Shown: positions 12,055 to 23,715 of the stretch, in pieces
Layout of the letters: every line of letters starts with the position of its first letter
Position numbering within the stretch: the stretch's first letter is position 1
Assembly (NCBI GenBank): GCA_022813865.1
Contig: JALDZX010000004.1
Location: 310,001 to 374,000, forward strand
Direction of reading: 5' to 3'
Origin: Xylographa opegraphella
Lineage: Eukaryota
Length of the DNA: 64,000 nt
The notes under the pieces: generated by a model
The model's input: the letters and a program-made list of their open reading frames with translations, nothing else
Database searches by the model: none
Told to the model about the DNA's origin: nothing
Program-made: the position numbers and the translations under genes

Positions 12055-13637
12055 TGTCACGAGGCCGCACGAGCAGGCTCGGTATGAAACGGTCGTTACA
12101 TGTTTACGAATTACGAAGAGCTTTACTTAATTGATATTCTGACCTTACGATCCTCTTCACGATTGTCCAATCACATGACTTGCCCGTGTTCTCTAGACCG
12201 TTTGCTCAACTTCCTCTATAGCCCATTCACAATCGCCAAAGTATGCCATGCCTGTGCTCCGGATAAGCTCCACTGCATTTCAATCCCACGCTCGTCATTC
12301 GCAACAAGTGGTAAGCGACCTCAACGATTTACTATAATCAAAAAGATAATATAAAGAGTCTATCCCCCCGCCATTCCCAACTCCAGCCCATCTACCTTTC
12401 CCCCGCCTTCCCGGCCCCTCCCCTCCCCTCCAACCTCTCCTTTCCCAATCGTATCATACCCAACCCCGTTCGTCGTCGTCGTCGTCACTGCGCGGTGAAG
12501 TGAAATGAAGTGAAATGAAACCCCCACTCCGCTCCGGGTCTTGATTTTGATTTTTTCATCTTGATTTTTCGAGGCTCGAAGCAAGTCGTCGCGTGACGGT
12601 GCGGAGGGGGGGCCTGAGGAGAGAGAGAGAGAGGGTTCATGATTTGTTTGGTTTGGTTTGGTTGATGTGGTGGAGTTTTTGGTGGGGGGGGGGGGGAGAT
12701 GGGGCAAAAGGGCGATAGTGAGCTTCGAGCTTAGGGAATGTAGGATTCGGTTACGTGTAGGGGGGGTGAGGCTGCATTGGATAGCTGAGGGTTGGATAGT
12801 AGAGGATGGAGGTCGAGGAGATGGGAATAGAGAGGTGGAAAGGGAGAGAGAGGGCGAAGGGCGATGCGCGGCTGGGGCGCTGTGGCAGGTCCGGGTGTCG
12901 AAGGGAAGAGAGGATAAGAAAGAGGGAGGCATACCGTCCCTGCGAGGCGGGGGACCATGCGACGGTGGAGCGAGTTGCTGTGGCGGGCATTGCGGAGGGC
13001 GGTTGGAGGTCTGTGTCTGTGTCTGCGTCTATGTAGGAACATGCTACCTTACTGCTTGCTTAGTTGTGGGCTTTGCACGTTCTCTTCGTCTGGCCTGGAC
13101 CGCGTAGTCGTATTTACATTTTCTGTGCTTGTCGATGGTGGCTTGGCGGTGCCTGCGCTCGGTGGGTTTCTTGGTCTAGGGCCGGAGGGAGACGGCGGAG
13201 GAGGCTTGGTGGTGTAGGCGTGTTTAGGCCATTAGAAGCGCGCGGAGTCGATGGGAGGATGGATTTGTAGAAAGACGGGTTGTGGATGGATGGGCTGTGG
13301 GAGGGTTCGGGTCGCGATGGTTGATGATCTGCCTCCCTTGTACTGGCTGTGCCGCTCGCTACCTGGGACACGGCGACGGATGTCAGTGAGCGGTACAATT
13401 CTCAAGCGCGCTAATAGCATCGCGAGACGCAGCTTGTCGTCAGAGGAGAAGTACCCACTCACAGCTCGAGTCCCTACACGCCTTTTTTCGACGACGAAGC
13501 TCCTGTGCGTATCCGCCCAGCTCAATGAGCAGCTCATCCCATCCCATCCACCCATCTAATCCTCTCCCACTAATCCCACACCACCGCGCCGCCCCCTCCC
13601 CGTACCGTCCCCGTCCTCGCTCAGAGTCCCGCACCGC

Positions 13638-14522
13638 TCAGAACGGCTTCGCCACCTTCCGGCTCTCGGTCCGGCCCGTCACCGGGTCGCGGAACTCCTT
13701 CCAGCTGATGGGGTACATGGTGTTGCCGTCCTCGCTGGTGGCGAGGATGACGCCGAGCTCGTTGCGGGCCGTGCTGAGGTAGTAGGACGCCTGGTCGCCG
13801 AGGGAGATCTGGATGCCCCCGAGGAAAGGGGGGGAGGAGTTAGCGGTTTGTTTGAGGGGAAGAAGTTATGTAGATGGTATGGGAGATGGGAGGGTGGTGG
13901 GGTGGTGCAGAGGGGACGAGTGGGGTGCGGAGGCTGCCATGTGAGGACCCCGAGCGCGGTATATGGGCATCCATCGCCACGCAACCACCACGCGCGTTTC
14001 GTTCGTGGGTATTTCACCCTCGTATCACGCTTCCCATGCATCCCCGCCATCCCTCCCACCCCGCAAACCACGACGGAAAGAAAAAAGCCCACTCACCACC
14101 ACCCCCCTCAACACGTCCCCCACGCGAAACCCCTCGCCGAGAACCACGCGATCCACCTCCCACCCACGCACATCCTCCTTCCTTACCACGCCCACGAACG
14201 AGTCCGCGCACACCGTCTCCCCCACCACCAGGATGGCGACGGTGATCTGCGGCGTCTGCAGGCGCGTCACGCGCGCCAGCACGATGTCGTTGACGGCGGG
14301 GAGGGCGTTGGTCGCGGCCACGAGGCGCGAGGGGATGCCCGCGCGCCGGGGCGGCCGCGCGACGGAGAGTTGCGGCTTGGTGCTGCCGGCGGTGGGCGTC
14401 GTGAGCACGGCGCCGGCGAGGGTGGCGTGGATGTGGTAGTTGTGCGTGTAGGTGCCTGGGCCGGGGGTGAAGGCGAAGGCAGGGCCGAGGGGGAGGCCCG
14501 GGTGGGCGGTGGTAGGGGGCAT
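13638..14522 (-). CDS. CSL4: Exosome complex component Csl4; exons 14522-14097 and 13808-13638
   Basis: PGPGTY, LPAVNDIVLARVTRL, GVVRKEDVR, FRVGDVLRGVV|ISLGDQASYYLSTARNELGV..MYPISW..ESRKVAKPF. GTGAGT..CAG intron 14096-13809. Confidence 0.93.
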
Positions 14523-14994
14523 CGTTCGTTGGGCGTGAGGTTGGGGGGTGGTGGTGAGGTTTTCGAGAGGGGAAGCGGTTGTGGTGATTTGTTTTATGTG
14601 GAGGTGGAGGGGGATGTGGGAAGCGGGTTTTTCATTGGGTGATAAGCGGAGTGGCTGCCGCCGCTAGGAAGGAGCGCTTCCGATTGGGCAGATTGGCGAG
14701 CTGAGGATGTGGCGGTCTACGCGGGCTCGGGGCAGAGTCGCTGATGAAGGGACGGATTGATTCTTTCATCACAGTGTAGACTATATTACCGGCGCCGAGC
14801 ACGCTCTCCAACACCAAGGCAGCGCACCCGAGCGGACCACGACGCTCGAATCCCCAACACCCAAGCTCCACCCCGCCGCATGCATTACCACCGCCGCCCA
14901 ATCCCCCTCCTCGCGGGCCCCAAGCGACCTCCCCGTACAGCAGCCACTCCCCTTCCACCCCCACCACTCCCTCTCCACCAACCACGGCTAATAG

Positions 14995-15354
14995 TCACCG
15001 CGCCCCACCGCCACCATAGCCCGCCATGATGTTCTTCAAGTGCGCAGCCATATCCTTCCGCTGCGTGGCCTGCCCCATCGGGGCCTGCTCGAAGGCCTGT
15101 CGTTTGCCGACGTAGTACTGCAGCGGCGACTGGCCGGTGGGGATCTTCTGCAGGGAGTGCGTGAGGCTGGCGGGGATGGGGGCGGATGCGCTAAGAAGGG
15201 TGGGTGCGTTAGCGAGAGGGATAGGGTGTGGCTGTGGGGGGCAGGTGTAGGGGGACACGGGGGCTTTAGGTGGAGGACGGGGGGATGTGTTAGGGGGGAT
15301 GACGCCGGAGGCTCACCTTTGCGCAACGCGACTTCGAGGCGGGAGGGAGGCCAT
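14995..15354 (-). CDS. Hypothetical 77-aa protein; exons 15354-15317 and 15190-14995
   Basis: ATG, then GTGAGC donor, GCTAAC branch point and TAG acceptor give an intact frame; exon 2 has GC-rich third codon positions. Confidence 0.55.
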
Positions 15355-17746
15355 TGCTTCGTGCGTCGTGCAGGCTGTCGAGTCGGCTTGTGGGATTTGG
15401 AGATGCAGATGGGTGGAGCACTTTGGGTACAGTACAGCTGCTTTGTAGACGATGATCGGATTGTGTCTTCACAAGAGCAGATTGTTTTTTTTTTGCACGC
15501 AGCGAGGGAGAGCAGCAGGCAGGTAGGATAAGGTGAGCTTTTTGTACTTCGAATTCCATCGTCACCCTCAAGCTTCTTATATTACGCACACCCGCATCGC
15601 TCCCTCCATTGCCCATTCCCGAGAGGGAAATGAGGCTCTGCCATTTCGTCAGTCCTGTGTGAGCGCGTCGTGTCCTGGTTCGTCTCCCAGGAATCTGGGA
15701 ATCTGGTGGTTTCGCCGGTACCGCTCCCGACAACGGCAACCACCCACCGCCCACCGTGCAACCGTCGCATCGGTTTGGTCAGTCCTTGGGTCCTTTGCTG
15801 CAAAGCAGTCATGCGCGTCAGGTGCGTTCGCCTGGGGCAGGAACGATCCCGAGCTCGAAAGAAGCAAATCGCGGCCAGGCCGCCATGTCGTGATCCGTGG
15901 ATCTGGCCTGCATCAGCAGCATGATTGTTTTGTTGGGGAAGACGGGGGAGTTGTTGTTAATTCGCTTCGCTTGCGGTAGATGCCCATGCACGGGTTTGGT
16001 CCTGCACCACACCGTCGCCTGCGCTAGGATTTCTCCGATGTAAGGTAAACACTTTAACGCTCCACCACGACAGGACGTTTGTATAACCGTGTACGACCGT
16101 GTCCGACGAGCGACTTCGGTTGGTTGGGCAGTAGGGGAGTATATTCCAGGTGCAGATGCACGCGTGGCAGGCATCCCACAAAGTCACACCGCGCCCACAT
16201 CGACCACCGGTATAACCATTGCACGTAAGGGGGGAAACGAGCCAGCCAATCGACAACATGCGAAGCGAAAACCCCCCCTCCCCCACCGCAATGCGCTGTT
16301 CACCGCACACGAATGTAGCAAGCACTACTCCCAACATAATCCGTTCTCTCCCGCCCAGATACACGACACTCCCATTCCCATCACACCAGAAGAAAAGCAA
16401 GGTCCCCCTTCCCTTCGAATGCACAACCCCGACAGCCAATCGCCACCCCGCTTCCTCCCCTCCCGCCTCCCGCCTGACCGCCTAGCGCCGCAAGGCGCTC
16501 ATTCCCCCCATCGCCTCACCCCCGCCTTACCCGACAGCCAATCAAACACCCACCAAGCACATGACCATAACAAGCATGCCCAAGAACCTTACTTCCCAAA
16601 ATCCCCTACCTCCGAGATTCTAACCCGCAACCAAAAGTCGCACCCGCCCACCACGACGCGATCTGCACCCACCCCATCTCCCACCTACACACAACCCCCA
16701 TCCACCGCAGCGAAAAACCCCCCCCTTTACCGTACCACCCACACGACCGTGCACGCTAGGCTCCCACGACCCTCGATAAGTTTCAACGCTAATTTATTTT
16801 CCAATGGGCAAGCTACCTCCCCCCCCTGGAGCGAGCTAGCGGTGACGGGTACGATGGTGCGCCGGTGCTGCGGTCCTGACAGGGCCGGGGGGAGAGGGGG
16901 GGGGGGGCGGAAACCGACTGACGGGTGTTCGAAAAAGGGCGTGGGTGGTTCGTTAGGGCGAGTGAGGGAGGGGGGGGGGGTTGTTGGCTGTGGAGGGCGG
17001 TTAGTTTACGGGTAGGCTACTTACCTTACCTTCCCTAGGAGGGGGGGAGTGCGAAAGGGCGTCCTCGGACCCGTTGGCGGGAGTCGGTCGAGGACTTTTG
17101 CCCTCTGCATCTGGGTCCCGGGCCCGAGGAGATTAGAGGTGTGATTGGGTCCGGTAGGGGAGATGGCGGTGGTAGGGACTCGGCGCGCTGCTTTGTGATT
17201 GTGATGGATGATCGTAGTAGAATACTGTGACGCGTGGATTCGGGCGTGCCTGGATGCGGGTGCGGATGCTTACGGCGGTGGTCGTTTGCGGAAAAGTCCT
17301 GGCGCTCGTTGGAGGACGGCACCAGCTGGCGCGAGACGACGGACGAGGGGGGGGCGGGAGGTCCTGCGGGAGAGACGAAGGAAGGAAAGGGAGGACTGGG
17401 AGTCGGAATACGCAGATACGTCAGGGGGTGCAAAAAAAACAGGACGGCGAGGGTGGGGGATGGATCAGTGGAGTATAGACCAGTTGTGTATCGAGCAACC
17501 AAGCGATACTTGCTCGTCATCTGCTTCGTCACAGGACTATCGTATTACAGCGTCTCGGGCCAGCCAACGAAAGAAAAAAAGCAAACCAATCGTGATTCCC
17601 GCGTACAAGCCCTCAAGACCCATATCATCCATCCAGTGGCACTGCATTCCAGCGCAGACGACGAGACATGTCTCAGACACGAGCCCAGCTTGATTGATCC
17701 GACGCAATCACCAATCAACAAATCCTCCACGACTTGATTACAGACC

Positions 17747-20700
17747 TCAAGCCCCGCCATGCACCGTCTTTGCGTGCACCTTCAGATTGTGGTTCCGCAT
17801 GAACCCTTTTCCGCATCGTGGGAAATCGCACACGAACTGCGCTGCGTCCGAGTGCTTCTCTCGCATATGCCGCTTGAGGTTCGATTGCAGCCAGACGGTC
17901 TTGCCACGAAAGATTTTGCCACAATCTACGCACGTGCGCGAGCCTTCACTGACTTCGCCAATTTGAACACTTGGCTCACGCGTGGAAGTGGATGCCTCTG
18001 CTTCCCGAGTTGGTGAATGACCAACAAGGTCGGTCTGGGAGTCGCTGTCGAGTTCCGGCAACTCAAGGATGTGACCGTGTTGGTTATTCCCACGAGGTTC
18101 GCAAAAGCCAGACGAAGCTGGCGCGGGACTGTTGCCAAAAAGTGTAGGCTCGAGCGGATGGTAGATGTGGGTTTCCTTGGATGTCATATATAGTTCTTCC
18201 TGTCCAAAATCTTCAGTGATAGAGCGAGTGACAAGAACTCGAGCGGCCAGGCCCTGGTTCTGATCTTGGGCCTGTTCTGATCGCTCTGATCCGCGCTGTT
18301 GGAGGCTCCTATATTCGTACAGAATTTGGTCGATATCCTGAAGGTAGTATTCCTTCCGAGTTTGAAGCACTCCGCCAATGATCATAGTCGCCCGGTCGCA
18401 CAAGAACATCACTAGCCTTGTGAAACGCTCATAAAGGACTTGAGACTTTGCACAATGCTAGACAGTGATCAGCAATGCTAAAGAACTCGGAGAATCAATT
18501 TTACCTTGCCATCATTAAGAAGCTCAAGTTCAAGCTCCCGAAGGCCAACATGCTTTATATCTTGTAACATTTTATCAATTTTTATGGTAATCGGCATAAA
18601 GCCTTCAAGGCTAATCTCCTGGATAAGAGGCTCGGTGATGTAACGTCTCATGACTCGATTCTGTCTAAAATCCCTAAAAGTCTTCAATTCCGGATTTTTC
18701 AGGCCTTCAGCGGGTGTGGATAGTAAGTTTCGAAGCTCGCTCTTTGCGTGCTCGAAAACTAGTTAAAGTTAGACGCTGCCAGGCGATGTTCCAAAAGAGA
18801 CTACTTACACTCCAGGTTTTGTAAACAGTGTCGAATGGCCCGACAGCTAGTCATAGAACCTTTCGGTTCAGAAAACTCTAACAAGTCGCCCTTTGAGCTA
18901 TGGGCAGATGCTCTGTCTCGACATGTGGATGTGTCGATGCTGGTTTGAGCCAAGGTCAAAGGCATCATCGTCGCAAAAGATGTGGTTTCTGACGAAGGCC
19001 CTGCTACTTCAGCATTCAAGTGGAGCACAACTTCATCGCTGGAAGCTATTGATCCGGCTGGGTATGTCTCGGGAAACCACAGCTCGTGAGCAAGCTGGAT
19101 AAATGCCGCCTTGTCCTCGGCACCAACAATTTGGCTGGACAGTTGGATGATGTCGATGAATATCTGACGAAATTCTTGTTTGAGGTCCGCAGGGTTCGAA
19201 AGTATCGCCGAAGCATACGCCAGATGCGACAGTCCAAAGACTTCCCAGAATGAAAGATTGTTGTCGTTGTTGAGAATTTTCCGAAGTGTCTCGAACCCGG
19301 TTTCAAGAAGCATTGCAGGTGATGGACGAAGATTGATCAAGGTCATTGCGTACTGTGATACCGGCGGCTGAAGTAGTTTCTGCAACGTTTCTCCGAAAAC
19401 AATGTGGAATATATCTTGAAGGTCTTCCACATGCCTCGAGGGCTTTGGCACTGTTGTATCCTTGGCTGAGGTAGAGATTCCAGAGTGATATAAAGCGCCG
19501 TTGGCACCTACACCCACATATTGTTCATCGTCATGGGTAGCGACTTGCGCATCTACCGTTTGATGAATCAAGGAATGGTGTTGTTCATCTCTCTTAGTCT
19601 CGTTCGACCACATGAAGACCGTAGTTTCTGTGTCAGAAGTGTCTATGTGTATGCTATTTGGATATGTGAAGTGTTCCTTCTTTTCTGAAACCTGTAAGCA
19701 GCAGGAGACTGAGGGCGATTGATGCACCATCGTCGCCGTTGCATCCTCGATCAGCAATGTTTTGTCGGAAGCCCATGGCACGGTATAATTTCGTTCAGCT
19801 GAAGAGATGGGACTGTCCCAGGGCTCGAAGGTTTGCCGAAGCCACTCATCACCTGGACTGATAGGAGAAATGGGAGAAAGGGACGAATCTGGTGTTGTGT
19901 TTCCCGTGGACTCCCAGTCCATGGAGGGACAGGATAACGTCTCACTGTCCAATTCCGAAACAGAAATGCTAGTATCCTCCATTTCGAACTGCAAGTAGGT
20001 GCCCGCCACTTCGTGGATATTTTTGGCATTTAATGCTGACTTGCCCGATTCTTGCCCGTCTAACTCTAGTAGTTGAACTTCGGGCATTAGCTCATATATA
20101 TTCCCTCGATTTCTTGCGTTCGTGTCCGACTTATGATCGTGCCAACCATGAGATTGGGACTTCCTCGATCTGGATGGATGTATGGCTCTCTGAAGGCCCT
20201 TTGAGCCAAGTCTGCGAATTGCCTTGACAGCAGCCTTCCAAGAAGGTCTTCGTGAGTTTTGCGATGCATAGACGTGAAGTCGATTCAAAACAGGCTGTGC
20301 AAATTGCTCTGCTTGCTGATGATATGGACACCAGTATTCTCCTTGATCGAGGTGCGAACATGTCGAAACGTGATCAACAAGCGTTTCGTACTCGTTGAAA
20401 GACATCCGGCACCAGAAAAGAGGACAAGACAGGCGCTCCATAGTCGGTATTGTTTGGTCACGAGATCTGTGGATCGCCACCCAGTAGAGAAACTGTAGCC
20501 TGTGTGATTGTGTCAAAAGCCCGGTGAATTCCGCCACGTACCGTATGCCCCAATCGAAGGGTTTGAGTCTAAAACTGTCAGAGTCTGGATAAGCGGTAGG
20601 AGAGGTTGGTTCACATACGCGCAGCACGAATGCACGGAACTATCGAATTGATTTGAGTTTGATACTGCTGAGTCGGCCGGCGGAGGTCCAGTAACACATA

Positions 20701-20797
20701 CAGAAGCACTGTGAGGATTCTCCAAGCCGAGCACGTTTGGTCGCCACATTTCCACTTTCTCGGATCTCGTTTCACTGCTAACGATGTAGTGCTCCAT
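17747..20797 (-). CDS. Uncharacterised zinc-finger protein, paralogue B; exons 20797-20619, 20574-18809, 18758-18505, 18457-17747
   Basis: CPLFWC..HVSTC..GEYWCPYH module; C-terminal C2H2 fingers CVDC..HMREKH and CDFPRC..HAKTVH. Three GT-AG introns at the same positions and phases as in paralogue A. Start codon is inferred. Confidence 0.8.
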
Positions 20798-22836
20798 GAT
20801 TGGAGATTGAGAGCAACAATTCAACGTGGCCACAGTGGCTGTAAGTCACGAATTGATAGAACCAGAATGGAACACAAGAGAACGCTCAAGGTGGAATTCG
20901 AACAACCAAAAAAATCACTGGAACAGCTAACCCCACTCACGACGGCAGTGGATTTCATCGCTCTCATATCGAAAGTATCCGGCTAAGGACTTTGAAAAGT
21001 GAGGAATCCGAAAACGCTAGTACAAGGACTAACGCTAGAACAAGGTTGCGCGGAAACATTATAGCAGCCCAACAGAACGTCTCGCATGACACGCGAGCCT
21101 TCACAAAACATGTAGGCGGGCCAAAACCAGCAGAGACTAATTAGGGGGGGCAAGTGTGATTGAGTGGAACGGCAGTGGGCGGAGGGGAAGCTGTTCGCAA
21201 TGAAGGCAACAAGGCAACCATGCTAACAGTCTAAGAAGAGAACGGATGACGAGGAAAGAAGCAAGCCGACCGGATTGAAAGGCCAGATCATGTGATCATT
21301 AGCAGGGTCGGCCATTCCATATTTACGGACTGTTGGTCGGAAATAAAACAGGACTGGGGCCAGACCTGAATGGGTCCATTGGAGCTGCCATACTCTCATG
21401 TTGCACGTAAGCGTTGCTGCTGCAAAGCCTGGGTCGTCATATCACGACACAGAGCCTCCGCTAGCCGGTTTGACCATGCAAGTGTTCGCGACTGTTGTCC
21501 ACAGCAAGGTGCGCATCGCTTGACCGGGCCTAGAAGTGAGGTGTTGAGGTAGAGGGGCTCAAGGCGCAACCCATGCCGATTCACCCGCCATAGCGTCAGG
21601 GATCACAGGCAGGAGCGAGCTCGGGTTGACTGCGAGGCAGATTTGCAATCCTCGTAAAAAGCAGAGTCCCAACGAACGCAGAGTAGATTTAACAATTGAA
21701 GCAGAAGCAGTGCGCGATGGCGGAAATGTTATCATATATCACAATAGAGAGGCTGTGTAAGACATGCGCAACTTCGAATTTCGACTCAGCCTCTCCGAAC
21801 AAGGCTAATCACAGTGCTTTTATGGCAGCACCGCCTCCTCTACTACGGACAAACACTGATGGTCACAACACTGAAGTCCGACGCCTAGCTTCTTTCAGGA
21901 AGCTGGTGAGGAGGCCCGACAAAACTCGGTGCTGGCACACAAGAGGATTGGACGCGTGGATCATCAGCTCGACCAGGGTTGTCGGAATCAAGGACTTTGG
22001 ACACGGCTGGCGTGGGGGTGATTGGAGCGCGACGTGTCTTGGGATGCTAAGGTAGCTAACACATTCTACCGAACGGTGTGACCAACCATCAGGAATCTCC
22101 ACGACGAACCAAAGCCCAGACAAATATGCCGTGTGAATGAAAGAACTCGAACTGTGGTATCATGGATTGGCGACGACGGCCTCTCAGAGAAGAACGCGAC
22201 GTGAGAAGAGTGAACAACAAGGAAGAAGCAATTGCAAGTTTGTGGATGATTTAGCGAGCACAGTCAAGCCTATCCGAAAAGGGCAAGGGGTGAGATCGAA
22301 GCTTGACTCCGATCAGCTTAACTTTATCCGTTGCTAAAACTGAATCAAGTCGATGACGTCAGGTGAGTGGGAGATGGGTCCTTCGACCTACGGGCGCCCT
22401 TCAAACGACTCTGATTTCGCCCTTCCGCCCTTTCTCCATACCGGTTGCCTGCGGTAGCAACAAGCAACCCTGAAGCACCCAATGTAATAATATTGCATCA
22501 CCATATTCACTAAAGGGTAGAACCATGGTAATAACGATAGCACCGCTATCGATGCCAACAGCCAAACATCTCTGCATGCGCCCGCCCATCCATGGCATTT
22601 GGCCAGTCGATTCACACATAGGCAACGAAGGTGGCCTCCCTGCCTTTAGATGTCGTATCATCTGTTACGGTCGACTGGGCGAGGCTTGCCGGTATGGCGC
22701 TGAATACGAAATTGCAGGTGAGTGGAAACAGTGTCTTATATCTCGTATTATACACTCAACAATGTCGCTCTCCACGAACGCCTGCATTCAGTCACCAGGC
22801 CCATAACCTACGGAGCAAGGGGAACAGGCTTTCTAA

Positions 22837-23715
22837 TTATGTATCAAGCAATTTCTCGTGTGCATCGCCACAGCGCTGCCCAGAAATTGGCATTGTGTCG
22901 AGGATATTCTGCATCTCAGCCATGTCGTCGTGGCTCAGCAGCGCGGCACTGCCGTTCTCGATAATGCGCTCAACCCTGATGGAGCCGCCACAAGAAATGG
23001 GAATAGCGCCCGGGCGACATACCCAACCGATAACCACATGCGCCGTAGTCACGCCCTTGCGCTTGGCAATCTGCTTCACTGCCTTCACGAGCTTGATGTT
23101 CTGGTCGAAGATGTCTGGCTGGAAGCGCGGCAGCATGCGGCGGAAGTCGGATTGCAGCGTTGAAGTCGAGCTTGCGTATCTCGCCTAGCCTATCAGCCAG
23201 CCGCGGCTGGCCAGGGCTGTATGCCACAATGGCATTGACGAATCTGTGGATCGCGTGGTCAGTAGATGATCATTGGCTTTCTACTTTTTCGCAGCGTACA
23301 TGTGTTCATGCCAAGCGTCTGCGATACCGTGGTTGAGGGAGTCGAGCGTAAAGCGACTCTGCTCGACCTCCACGGCCAAGATAGGATGTACGGCATGGGC
23401 CTTGCGGATGGTGGTCGCGCCAACCACACTGAGGTCTATACCCCCGATTCTGCCTTCCTTCATCCATTCGGCCAGTGCCTCGATCGAGGCCTTGACAGGC
23501 ACGTTGGAGTCGACCCGTGCGCATTCGAAGATGTCGATGGCTTTGATACCGCCCAGCGCCTTGACAGCCTCATCGACAGACGCGCGGATAGCTTCAGGGC
23601 CATCGTTAGCGCCCAGCCTTCATGCCGTAGGTGCCCTTGATACTGAGTACGACCTTTCTGGCGTCCTCGGGAGATTTTTCGAAGTAACATCTGAGCAGCT
23701 GCAGCGAATTCGTCT
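22837..23715 (-). pseudogene. Aldo-keto reductase (pyridoxal reductase-like) pseudogene
   Basis: Family motifs are split across frames: NSLQLLRCYFEKSPEDARKVVLSIKG, IDIFECARVD, EGRIGGIDLS..AVEVE, IVAYSP, LPRFQPDIFDQNIKLV. Frameshifts near 23610 and 23150-23215; no N-terminus found. Confidence 0.8.

Larger units (their letters stand above)
12360..17480. other. GC-rich low-complexity island with alternating C-rich and G-rich blocks and long G/C homopolymers
   Basis: G runs near 12684, 16885-16908 and 16970-16980; C runs near 16271, 16718 and 16819. Composition differs visibly from both flanks. Confidence 0.8.

Noticed and set aside
12360..14642. Many overlapping ORFs of 60-260 aa on both strands
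   Set aside because: Stop-codon depletion in GC-rich DNA, or antisense shadows of CSL4.
14741..14772. TGATGA boxes on both strands forming a small inverted repeat
   Set aside because: No suitably placed CTGA box D; insufficient for a C/D snoRNA.
16089..17015. 308-aa + strand ORF
   Set aside because: Non-ATG start, P/T/H-rich then G/R-rich low complexity that mirrors the nucleotide skew, no motifs.
17018..17030. ACTTACCT resembling the U1 snRNA 5' end
   Set aside because: No U1 stem-loop motifs or Sm site follow; better explained as a minus-strand splice donor.
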